The notes beneath the pieces are model-generated. The model saw nothing but the letters and a program-made list of their open reading frames with translations. It ran no database searches and was not told where the DNA came from. The translations under genes and the position numbers were made by a program. 64,000 bases of DNA from NCBI GenBank assembly GCA_951406725.2, contig OX597833.1:16740001-16804000 (forward strand), given 5' to 3'. This document shows, piece by piece, positions 52,836-64,000 of this stretch (positions within the stretch are counted from its first letter, which is position 1; each line of letters begins with the position of its first letter). The DNA comes from Octopus vulgaris. Taxonomy: Eukaryota.

Positions 52836-53506
52836 TATCATCGATATCGCCGTATTCATCGAAGTCGTCGTGGCCAGCGTCATCGTTGACACCGTTATCT
52901 TCGTCTGCTCTTCAGTAAGTTAAATTACAACGATGATGAGGAGGAGGAAGAGGAGGAAGAGGAGGAGCAGTAGAAGTAGTAGTAGTAGGAGGAGGAGGAG
53001 GAGGAATAGGTGGAGGATAACGACGAAGATAACGGTGTCAACGATGACGTTGGCCACCCTAACCCTAACTCTTAATATCACAGTGACACTCTCCTTGCTT
53101 AAAGAAGTGTGAAAAACATAAATATTTAGCCAAGTGTCTCGTACCATATGAACTCAACATAAACATGTGGCTCCACCAATATTGCACTTTTTAGTAGTCC
53201 TACTTGATCTCCGAATATGTACACGAGAGGCAGTGTTTTGGTTCCCAAAAGTGCAGACATGACCGGGTGGTTATGAAGTATTCGTTGCAACCCTTCGAGT
53301 TTTGAAGAAATATCCTCTACTATAGACCCCGGCGTCTAATGCCTTGTGAGCGTTCTGTTTAGGTGTGTTTTAGCACAGGAATCTGTTGACCAGGGTTCCA
53401 GGGCCCCTGATCAACGAGACCCTGACCAAGTAAAGGGCCTCAAAACTGCGTCCTGAAACTGGGTGAAAGCCCGTCGTATGTATATGTATGTGTGTGAGTG
53501 TGTATG

Positions 53507-53606
<100 letters not shown>

Positions 53607-53671
53607 GGAGTAGGCAAAATGCGAAACAAGGTGGAAAAAAGAGTACCCAAATACTAGAGGTAGAGTAATAT

Positions 53672-53748
<77 letters not shown>

Positions 53749-53761
53749 ATATATATATATA

Positions 53762-54325
53762 TTGGGTTGTCCGGAAAGTTTGTGCCGATTTTTAAAAGAC
53801 AGAAAAAGGTCAATATATACTTCCCATTACCCAAGCTTTACCAGGTGCTCATGAACGATGGATTTTGATAGGTTGAGGCTTTCTGTCAATTCTCTTGGTT
53901 GTGCAATGTGGGTTATCCTCAATTCATGACTTTATTTGGTCATCATCTGTAGTGGATGGTCTGCATGATCGCTTTTTATTAATAAGGCTACAACCTCCAG
54001 CTCGGAACTTTGCGAACCACTTTCGTACAGTTTTTTCGGATAAAGAAACATCACCGTAAACCGCACATATTTCTTTGGTTCTTTGTGAGGCATTTTTCCC
54101 TTTAACGTAAAAGAAAAGCATCAAGTACCGAAAACGAACTTTCTTATCTTCCATTTTAAAGGGTCACAGAATTAACACAGGTTATAGGAACATAAACCTT
54201 CATCCACGAAAAGATAGCTTAAACTAAATGGAGGTGTAGTCAAATCCTATTTTATGGACTCAAACATCTCCTGAAATAAGTCGAAATGTAAGCTACAATA
54301 AATCGGCACGAACTTTCCAGACAAC

Positions 54326-54329
<4 letters not shown>
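53762..54329 (-). mobile_element. Internally deleted mariner transposon in a (TA)n tract
   Basis: TIR ttgggttgtccggaaagtttgtgccgattt / aaatcggcacgaactttccagacaacccaa. Confidence 0.9.
53924..54154 (-). pseudogene. Mariner transposase N-terminal HTH remnant
   Basis: MEDKKVRFRYLMLFFYVKGKNASQ..EICAVYGD..LSEKTVRKWFAKFRAG..RSCRP, classic mariner HTH; catalytic domain absent. Confidence 0.9.
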
Positions 54330-54394
<65 letters not shown>

Positions 54395-54478
54395 GAGCCC
54401 TTTTAAAGCATAGCCAGGCTCAATGGCCCGGTTTCCCAGTTTCTATAGCGTATATATATATACATATGTATATATTTT

Positions 54479-54608
54479 TTTATTTTATAGAAGGAGCTTC
54501 TACAGGACTAGAACTGTTTCATTCAAATGAAATCATCAGGAAGCTTCCTGATGATTTCATTTGAATGAAACAGTTCTAGTCCTGTAGGAGCTCCTTCTAT
54601 AAAATAAA
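54479..54608. repeat. 130-bp spacerless palindrome (one mismatch)
   Basis: Centre aag|ctt at 54543/54544, 65-bp arms. Confidence 0.95.
54542..54592 (+). ncRNA. Hammerhead motif with canonical core (mirror copy on minus strand at 54495-54545)
   Basis: agcttc-CTGATGA-t-ttc attt gaa-t-GAAA-cag ttctagtc ctg-T-A-ggagct; GUA site. Confidence 0.8.
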
Positions 54609-54674
54609 TTAATTTACTCTGCTATGTATTGAGTACCTTATTTACTGTGGTTAACCCCGACTCAACCCGGGACC

Positions 54675-54731
<57 letters not shown>

Positions 54732-54800
54732 CGGAGTAAGCACATAAATGTGAAACAAGGTGGAAAAATGAGTACTCAAATACCAGAGGTAGAGTAATAT

Positions 54801-54942
54801 GCTTTATATAAAATCAGCAGAAATATAACAAAAGCAGTTACTCGGAGTTTCACGTTCTCGTTCGTCAGACAAACTGTCCGACAAACAGGAACGCGAAACA
54901 CCGAGTAACTGCTTTTGTTATATTTCTGCTGCTTTATATAAA
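54801..54942. repeat. Inverted repeat of the 7661-family module; minus arm has CTGACGA hammerhead core (54835-54871)
   Basis: Reverse strand gt-CTGACGA-acg agaa cgt-GAAA-ctc c gag-T-A-ac; plus arm degenerate. Confidence 0.7.
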
Positions 54943-54958
54943 ATACATGCATACATAC

Positions 54959-55029
<71 letters not shown>

Positions 55030-55720
55030 TATATATCTGAATGTTGCATATTCGCATGATGAACGTGTAATATTCAGTTACACACAAAATCTTTTGTATT
55101 CCAGAAACAATCACGGATTCTTTTTCATGTTGCTTTAAATTGCTTTAAACATATAAATTATAATTAGATTACATTTCTTTAATGTTTCCTCCTCCTCCCG
55201 CTCTCTCTCTGCCTCTCTCTACCCCTCTCCTTCTCTTTTCACCACCTCATCGCTTCTTTCTCACAATTTTGTGTCTTTTTATCTCATCTCACATGTAAGC
55301 ACATGCATGTTCTGCACATCCTTCCCTCCGCTCCCCACCTCTATCTAGCTCGCATTTTTTCTTTCACACACACATACACACACACACGCTCAAGCATGCA
55401 CACACACACACACACATCAATGTTCACACGCATCTCCTTTTCTCTCACTCTCTCTTCCACACACAAATACACGGACGCGCTTGCGCACCCATCCTTCACT
55501 TGTTTCAGTGATAAGACTGCGGCCATGCTGGAGCATCGCCTTGAAGAATTACTTTAGTCGAATGAATCCACCCCAGTACTTATTTTCTTAAGCCTGATAC
55601 TTATCCTAGCTGTCTCTTTTGCCGAACCACTAAGTTACAGGGACATAAACACAGACACAAAGACACACACTCACATCTCTATTTGGTGTTACGTTGCTTC
55701 AGTGTTATTTATCTTTTACA

Positions 55721-55878
55721 TTAAACTTAATCTTATTTCGGCCAGAGTTCTTTCGTCACACTCCTGTGACCGCATCAGTAGTCTTTTGTTGCCAGTTGAG
55801 CCAATAAAAACAAAGGACCACTGATGCGGTCACAGGAGTGTGACGAAAGAACTCTGGCCGAAATAAGATTAAGATTAA
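55721..55878. repeat. ~70-bp inverted repeat with hammerhead-like motif (CTGATGC core, 55816-55859)
   Basis: cca-CTGATGC-g-gtcac aggagt gtgac-GAAA-GAAC-T-C-tgg, mirrored at ~55741-55783. Confidence 0.7.
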
Positions 55879-55935
55879 GGTAAAAAAAAACTTTTATTGG
55901 CTAAACTGGCAAAATGACCATTCCGAAATACAACA

Positions 55936-55995
<60 letters not shown>

Positions 55996-56385
55996 ATTTA
56001 TGTATATGGCGTGTTTCTTTCAGGTTTCTTCTGCCAACTGCACCTACAAGGCTTTTGTCAACCCGAAGTTATAGTAAAAGACACTCGACCAACATGGCGC
56101 GCTGTGGAACTGATCCCGGAATTATGTGGTTGGGAAGAGAACTTCTCACCACACAGCCACGCTTGCGCCTAGATTTTTATATTTCCTTCTTTCCTTCTTT
56201 ACTTCTTTCTTTCTTTCTTTTTTTCCTTTATTTTCCGTTTACTAACAGTGTTTCTTTATGTTTGCATCTGGCTGCACACCCATACAACACATGCATAGTT
56301 TATATAAGACATTCATTGATGTATCCATATATACATGCACCTATATACATACATTTATACATTCATACATATCACAAATATACAT

Positions 56386-56463
<78 letters not shown>

Positions 56464-56558
56464 TTGTCTGAAACGTGCATAAATGCAAACAGTTTCATTT
56501 CCTGCCATTTTCTCTCCCCACTTTCTCTCCACCCTCTCTCTTTCTCTTTCTCTTTCTC

Positions 56559-56620
<62 letters not shown>

Positions 56621-57269
56621 TCTGTTGCTGAAAGATATTTCCTTGAAATTCCCTACCCATGTCCATTACTGCACTCAAAATACATCGTAATCGTTCTAAA
56701 GTTTCATAGCCGTTCTATCTTCTTATTTCACCACATACAATATCCAAATCGTCTGCTGCAACTTTGAACTAGCAAATAAATAGCAAATAAATAATCTCTC
56801 CTCTCTTTTTGGTGGCTTTATCAATGATCTTCACTTTTAATATACGAAAATGCAACAGTACAAAAACGACCCTTTCTAAATGATAACACTTTGCATCTAT
56901 AGCAAGAATAAAACAACCGTATCTGTGATGTTAGGTGGCTATTGTATCATTCATAAATTAGCTTCTCCTAGCTATCTGGGAAATACATATATCAACGCAA
57001 AAAGGTGTTTATGTTATTGCTGATATATATAAAAAAAATTCTTTTTTCTTTCTCAGATTTATCGTTCTCCGATTCCTCTGCACGACAGAATTGCATTGTT
57101 TGATTGTTTGCCAATGCACTTGTTTAGAGCCAATCAGAATTAAGCTGGGAAACAGTCTAGCAGAGAACTTGAATCCTGGGGAAAAACCGGAGCAGCGAAA
57201 TGTATACCATGTTTTCCGAAATGTGTTTCGAAGCATTTAAAAGAAAAAGCAAAAAAAAAAAAAAAAAGG

Positions 57270-57490
57270 TTTTGCAGCGTGGAAGGTGCTGCACGGAATT
57301 TTGTCAGTGAACAGGTCGCGGTCTCAAAGCGAAAAAAATATTTTCGCAAATTAAATTTAAATGTTGAAGTGAATCTAACAGTTTTTGTGTGTTTCTGAAA
57401 CGGCTTTTAAACACCTTCCGCGCTGCAATTGTTTTCGTTCCAGCACACGATCTCAGATCAGGTCACTTGCTATGCAAGTACATCTCCGTA
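57270..57490 (+). mobile_element. Third copy of the G3-C8 hammerhead-like repeat family
   Basis: tttgtca-GTGAACA(57307-57313)-g-gtcgc ggtctcaaa gcga..., GAAA region decayed; inverse of 21284-21490. Confidence 0.7.
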
Positions 57491-57819
57491 AAAAAAGGTT
57501 TTGTTCCATGTTTATATTAAAAATAGAATTAAGCCGTTTCATAATAGATAGGGTGGTGCACTCATGATCTCAATATCGTGGTTTCGATTCCCAGACCGAG
57601 ATTTGTGTATTCTGTCCTCGAGCAGACCGCTTCATTTTTATTTGCTCCAGGTCACCCGGCTATAAATAGGTAACCTTGTGACAGACTGGCGTCCGATTTT
57701 AGGATAGTGTTCTGATCTCGGTCACCTAAACGCAATGGAAAAAAGGGTTACCGGCTCTATGAGTTTTAGGAACCAAAACGACTTATTTGCTACTAATGAA
57801 GTAAAATACGAGTTTCATA

Positions 57820-58392
57820 TTTAGGCACAAAGCCAGCAATCCCGGGGATGGGGATATATCAATTACATCGACACCAGTACGCAACTGGTACTTATTTTAT
57901 CGACCTCGAAAAACTGAAGATCAAAGTCGACCTCGGCAGAATTTGAACTCAGAACATAACGGCAGACGAAATACCGCAAAGCATTCCGCCCTACGTGCTA
58001 ACGATTCTGCCAGCTCGCCGACTTAGTGAAGTTAAATATTCAGGACCCGAAATTTTTTTTGGGGGGGGGGGGCAGTCGATTAGATCGACCCTAGTACGCA
58101 ACTGGTACTTAATTTATCGACCCCGAAAGGATGAAAAGCAAAGTCGACCTTGGTGGAATTTGAACTCAGAACGTAGCGGCAGATGAAATACCTATTTCTT
58201 TACTACCCACAAGGGGCTAAACACAGAGAGGACAAACAAGGACAGACAAGTGGATTAAGTCGATTATATCAACCCCAGTGCGTAACTGGTACTTATTTAA
58301 TCGACCCCGAAAGGATGAAAAGCAAAGTCGACCTTGGCAGAATTTGAACTCAGAACATAACGACAGACGAAATACCGCTAAGCATTTTGCCT
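57820..58392 (-). mobile_element. Cluster of family D SINEs including a dimer
   Basis: Junction gaaat|acctatttc at ~58190 identical to that of the 23142 array. Confidence 0.8.
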
Positions 58393-60061
58393 GACAAACT
58401 AAATCCTCAGTAGCTAATTCCTCAGAACGCAATCCTAGAGGAGAATTGTCCTGGTCATGAACGAAAGTTTCAGGACCAGCCCCAGGTGTTTTATGGGTAA
58501 TGGGACTATGAGGTTGCCTAGCATAAGTTGGTAAAATGGGGCTTGCATTGTTACTCAATCATTTTTCCTCAGCCATTTTGCTTCATACGATGTCTGCCTT
58601 CGATATTTTAGTACCCTATATAGCAATGGAAGTATTATAGTTTTAATATGTATCTACCTCAAGCAAGCATGTGATGCGCTCATAAATGCACTCATATATA
58701 TTTTTTCTGCACATTTCAAGCCTACCCAGGCTCATGGGTCCAGTTTCTCGGTTTCTATGGAGTATGCGTTCCCCGCCAGCTGGGCGGGACGCCAGTCCAA
58801 CGTAGCGTTACTCAGGAAACAAGAAGAGGAAAGGGAGAGGAAAAAAATGAAGTGCATTTATGTTGAGTGAAAAAAAATATAAGGAAGTATATATATAAAG
58901 AGACTATAAGAAAATAATGAAAAATACTGTTATATATATACACAAATTATCTTGTCATCATTATTCAATAATCCTTGTTGTTTGTTCGATTAGCAACTGG
59001 CAGTCGAAGAAAAATTGCAGCATCTTGATTTTCTCTGCCAGTACAATTTATTCAAACGAATTCATTTTTCAGAAGCTCATACGTCGTCACTGGTACGAAC
59101 TTACGCTGTTATCTCTGCTTTTGCTCTTTTCATCGAGGCGTAGTATAAGAACGTCTCAGTGAAAATGGCTTTACAGCTGTCTCAAGGGCAATACTCGAAA
59201 CCTAGGCCAAAGTAGCGCTAAAACCATTTATACCTTCAAATAGTATTCACGAGGAATCGAATTTCTCAAATGATTTCCGAATCGAGAAATATTTTCAAAT
59301 AATCTATTTTTATTTCAAAACGAAATATTCATCTGTCGTGTTGTTGTTGTTCCTCTTCCTCTTGTTGTTGTTGAAGGTTGTTTTTTAAACAAAAAGACTA
59401 TCTTCTTCTTCTTCTTCTTCTTCTTCTTCTTCTTCTATCTTCCTCAGCTTCTTCTTTGATTCCTTCTTGTTGTTGTTGTGATGTATCTTGTTCTGTTCTT
59501 CTCCTTCTTCTTGTTCTGAATCTTGTTCTTGTTCTTTTCTTCTTCTTGTTCTTCTTCTTCTTCTTGTTCTTCTTCTTCTTCTTCTTCTTCCATGAAAGTT
59601 CTGATCTTCTTCTTCTTCTTCTTCTTCACTCCAAGATTAGCACAAAAAACTTAGTGTTAATTTCAGTTAGAAAGAATCAATCTTCAAAATTCTGTAGTTA
59701 CGATTTACTTGACAAAATTCCCCACTAGCACCCCAACAGATGGTAGCACCTGTTTGTGCAGTGCTAGCATTTTTATGCAGTGCTTGCTGAGCAAATCACT
59801 GGAAATTGCAAACGGAAGTTTTTGTGATGCTTCCCAGCAATTCTGAGTTGCAAATTTTGCACGGCAGGAAAACAAAACAAGCATTTTTCCTCCACTCTAG
59901 AACAACAATGGCGACGACAGAAACGACGAAAAGCATGCTGGTGGTGGTAGTGGCAAGAGGTAGTAGTAGTGGTATGCAGTAGTGGTGGTAGTGGTAGGTA
60001 GTAGTAGTAGGTAGTAGTAGTAGTATGGTGGTGGTAGTAGTAGTAGTAGTAGATGGTGGTG

Positions 60062-60094
<33 letters not shown>

Positions 60095-60841
60095 CGTAGT
60101 AGTGGTGGTGGTGGTGGTAGTAGTAGTAGTAGTAGTGGTAGTATGGTAGTAGTAGTATGATGGCATTGGTGGTGGTGGTGGTGGTGGTGGTGGTGGTGGT
60201 GGTGGTAGTAGTAGTAGTAGTTGTAGTAGTAGAAATGGAGGTGGAGAGGAGGAGGAGGAGGAGGAGGAGAGGAGGATGAGGATGAGGATGATGATGATGA
60301 GGAGGAGGAATATTGAACTGAAATTCACCTGCTTTCTGAGATCGAGCCCGGATCTGATATATTCTTTACCTTCTATATTTTTGATGCAAAGAGAAGATGA
60401 AGAAGAGCTCAAAGGGAATATGGTGGAAGCTCAAAAGAAGGTTAGTGACAAAAAAAGAAAAAAAATAGTTATCTTTCGAGATTATTGATTGACACCGATC
60501 ATATAAGATTCATGTAATGGAAATGGCAGGAAACGAAACACGATTACATTCACAGGCGCCTGCTCGACAGGACATTTAAACGCCAGCCGAAACAAAATCA
60601 AAGTAAGATTATTCTACTGCCGCTGAGATAAGTGTTTTCTCTGATCGTTCGATTGTGCTTCTCATTAATTTGCCGAAGCATCGATAATAAATATTATTTA
60701 ACCGGAGAACGAATATTGATAACCAAGAAATAGAATGACAAAAAGGCATGCAAATATATCATTTAAAATAAATAAGACTCAATGTCCACCAAAAATATAT
60801 TTACCGTAGTCAATGGAACAAGGAGTTGCAAATTAAAGTTA

Positions 60842-61232
60842 CTAGCAGCATCGCCCGGCGTTGCTCGGGTTTATTTTGACCCTTTAGAATTGGAATTTTT
60901 TTTAAAGTAAAAATTTTGCATTATGTTGCTTGTTATTCTCTTTAAGTGAACAATTTTTTGGTTGAAATACACCTAAAAATGGCGACACAGCAGTCAAAAA
61001 TAGGGATTTTCCATAGAAAAAAGCACCTTTTTGATGTAAATAATTTTTGGTGTTAACATAAGTCCGATTTGATTTTTTTTTCTTCTACGTAAGGAAGAGC
61101 AAGCCTTCTTCTATCATACTCTCAATTTTGGTCAACTGGCGTCGCAGGGTCTCGGAGGGGAGATAGTGTTAGTTGAAGGTTATCAAACCTACCATGACAC
61201 AGACAACTTCAGCTTTGTTATATATAGAGAGA
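60842..61232 (-). mobile_element. Non-autonomous Helitron (second subfamily)
   Basis: Reverse complement of 46689-47076 with CTAG end and hairpin. Confidence 0.85.
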
Positions 61233-61367
61233 TGTAGACTCAATTAGAGGAAACATAAAGAACTGAACGAAAAACATTGCACTCGGTGTGGTCTTCAACA
61301 CAGTATTGTCTGTAATGTAATTAGGTAAACATCATGGTTTTCTCATTTTATTATTAAATGATCTTCA

Positions 61368-61800
61368 GGCGGCGAGCTGGCCGAATTGTTAGCACACCGA
61401 GCGAAATGTAGCGACATTTCGTCTGTCTGCACGTTCTATGTTCAAATTCCGCCGAGTTTCGACTTTGTCTTTCATCCTTTCGGGGTCGATAAATTAAGCC
61501 ATTAAGTACTATTGAAACACTAAACCCTACACGCGAAATTGCTAGACTTGTGCCAAAACTTGAAACCATTAATAATTGATCTTAAAGCAGCGAGCTCGCA
61601 GAATCCTTAGCACGCTGGACTAAATGCTTAGCGGCATTTGGCCCGTCCTTACGTCCTGAGTTCAAATTCCGACCTTGCCTTTCACCTTTTCGGGGTCGAT
61701 AGAATAAGTAAGTTGAGTACTGGGGTCGATGTAATCGACTTAACTACTCCCCACCCACCCCCAAAATTTCAGGCCTTGAGCCTATAGTAGAAAGGATTAT
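61368..61800 (+). mobile_element. Two diverged family D SINEs
   Basis: Heads ggcggcgagctggc / gcagcgagctcgc and Nin-like block cctttcggggtcgata. Confidence 0.75.
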
Positions 61801-62277
61801 TAACTGATCTCCAAATATTTTTTGTTTAAATTTATATTTTTCTGAACTATACTCATCATCATAATCATTTACACCCGCTTTACATTCTAGCATGGCTTGG
61901 ACATATATTGTCATCAACACTGTAAGTCAATAACAACATAATAAATGTTTATCATACTGTCGTATGTACAACTATAATTACAATCCGCCGTCAAGCTCGT
62001 TATCATGAAAATCGTTGATAGATTTTTACATCAAAATTGAAATAAGAAGAATCTTTCTTTCTTCTATCTTTTACTTGTTTCAGTCATTTGACTGCAGCCC
62101 TGCTAGACACCGCCTTTAGTCGAGCAAGTCGACCCCAGGACTTATTCTTTGTAAGCCTAGTACTTCTTCAATCGATCTTTTTGAACCGTTAAGTTACGGG
62201 GACGTAAACACACCAGCATCGGTTGTCAAGTGATGTTGGGGGGACAAACACGAACGTAAACACACACACACACACAC

Positions 62278-62314
<37 letters not shown>

Positions 62315-62317
62315 CAA

Positions 62318-62348
<31 letters not shown>

Positions 62349-62921
62349 CACAGATCACATGTACACACAATCATACCCAGAACGCTTGAGCATGTACGTA
62401 TATACATACACAACACACACATAGCATAGACTTATACACACACGCGCACGATTACACAAACACGCACACAGACGCATGCACAAATATATACTCGTAGCAG
62501 ACAGTATGCACATAGCACACATACACACACAGTGTACTGATAGCAAACACACACACACACACACACACAAACACTGACATTGACACACACGCGCACTCAC
62601 TCATATATATGCACAACATACACGAAACCTATATATATTCAAGAGTGCGTGCACGAAACATGTACAAATACATGTAAATATATATGTATATACATATATA
62701 TATGTATATGTGTGTGTGTGTTTGTGTGTCTGTGTTTGTGTCTGTGTATATGACAACCGATGCTGGTGTGTCTACGTCCCCGCCACTTATCGGTTCGGCA
62801 AAGAGACCGATAAGACTGGGCTTACAAAGAATAAGTTCCGGGGTGGATTTGATCGACTAAAGGCGGTGCTCAGCATGGCCGCAGTCAAATGACTGAAACA
62901 AGTAAAAGAGTAAAGAATAAA

Positions 62922-62997
<76 letters not shown>

Positions 62998-63026
62998 GAA
63001 CACACATACATACAGAATAAGGAAGC

Positions 63027-63063
<37 letters not shown>

Positions 63064-63488
63064 ACACACACACACACGCACACACACACGTACACACACG
63101 TACACACACGCTATGCTATGGTTGACAGTGTAGGCATTTGTAAAGTTGCTGCAGATTAGTAGCCAATGTATAGAGAGAAAGGACAGCGAGTGTGCATATA
63201 CAAGCGTATATAGAGCGAGGCCACAACGAGGAGTTGCATACATGTGTATATACACACATTCATCTCAGTAACCACAAGGCATCAAGACTGCTAGAGTTAT
63301 ATATACATGTGTGTCTGTGTACGCATGTATGTATGTATGTATGCATGTATGTATGTATGTATGTATGTATGTATGTATGTATGCATGCATGCAAGTATGT
63401 ATGCATGGATGTATGTATTGATATACATATGCATGAATACATACGTACGCATGCATGTGTGTGTGTGCATGTGTATATATATATATAC

Positions 63489-63535
<47 letters not shown>

Positions 63536-63585
63536 TATATATATATATATATATATTATACATATATATATATATATATATATAC

Positions 63586-63635
<50 letters not shown>

Positions 63636-64000
63636 TTTACTTTTTTACTTGTTTCAGTTATTTGACTGTGGCCAGTTTGGAGCACCGCCTTTAGTCGAGC
63701 AAATCGACCCCAGGACTTATTCTTTGTAAACCTAGTACTTATTCTATCGGTATCTTTTGTCGAACCGCTAAGTTACGAGGACGTAAACACACCGGCATCG
63801 GTTGTCAAGCGATGTTGGAGAGACAAACACAGACACACGAACATATACACTCACACATACATACATACATACATACATACATACATACATACATACATAC
63901 ATACATACATACATACATACATACATACATACATACATACATACATACATACATACATACATACATGGTGGCTGCCCCCTCGTTATCGAGTATGGCCATT

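Noticed and set aside
52435-52923. Proline-rich plus poly-Ile ORF resembling a membrane protein
   Set aside because: Derived from (CAT)n/(CCA)n simple repeats.
59897-60488. Low-complexity ORFs on both strands
   Set aside because: Trinucleotide tracts with stops in the other frames; no recognisable domain.

Overview
AT-rich, microsatellite-saturated eukaryotic non-coding DNA. The tRNA-derived SINE families and (TA)n/(CA)n/(TACA)n/(TATC)n tracts point to an Octopus-type cephalopod genome (inference from repeat style). No host protein-coding gene is convincingly present, and almost all ORF-track entries are microsatellite or SINE artefacts. Recognisable content: several SINE families (some as exact-junction concatemers inside a single target-site duplication), Tc1/mariner and pogo-like remnants and MITEs, four non-autonomous Helitrons plus one Helentron-like element, an RTE LINE 3' end and Penelope-like retroelement (PLE) fragments. 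The strongest hidden signal is about 20 minimal type I hammerhead-ribozyme motifs read by eye, roughly one per 3 kb. Most lie in short PLE-derived modules embedded in (TA)n tracts and often folded back as inverted repeats. They carry family-specific core variants, including apparent compensatory swaps of the C3-G8 tertiary pair (G3-C8, U3-A8), and varied palindromic stem III sequences. Coordinates were counted by hand; repeat boundaries are approximate and no ribozyme activity is demonstrated.
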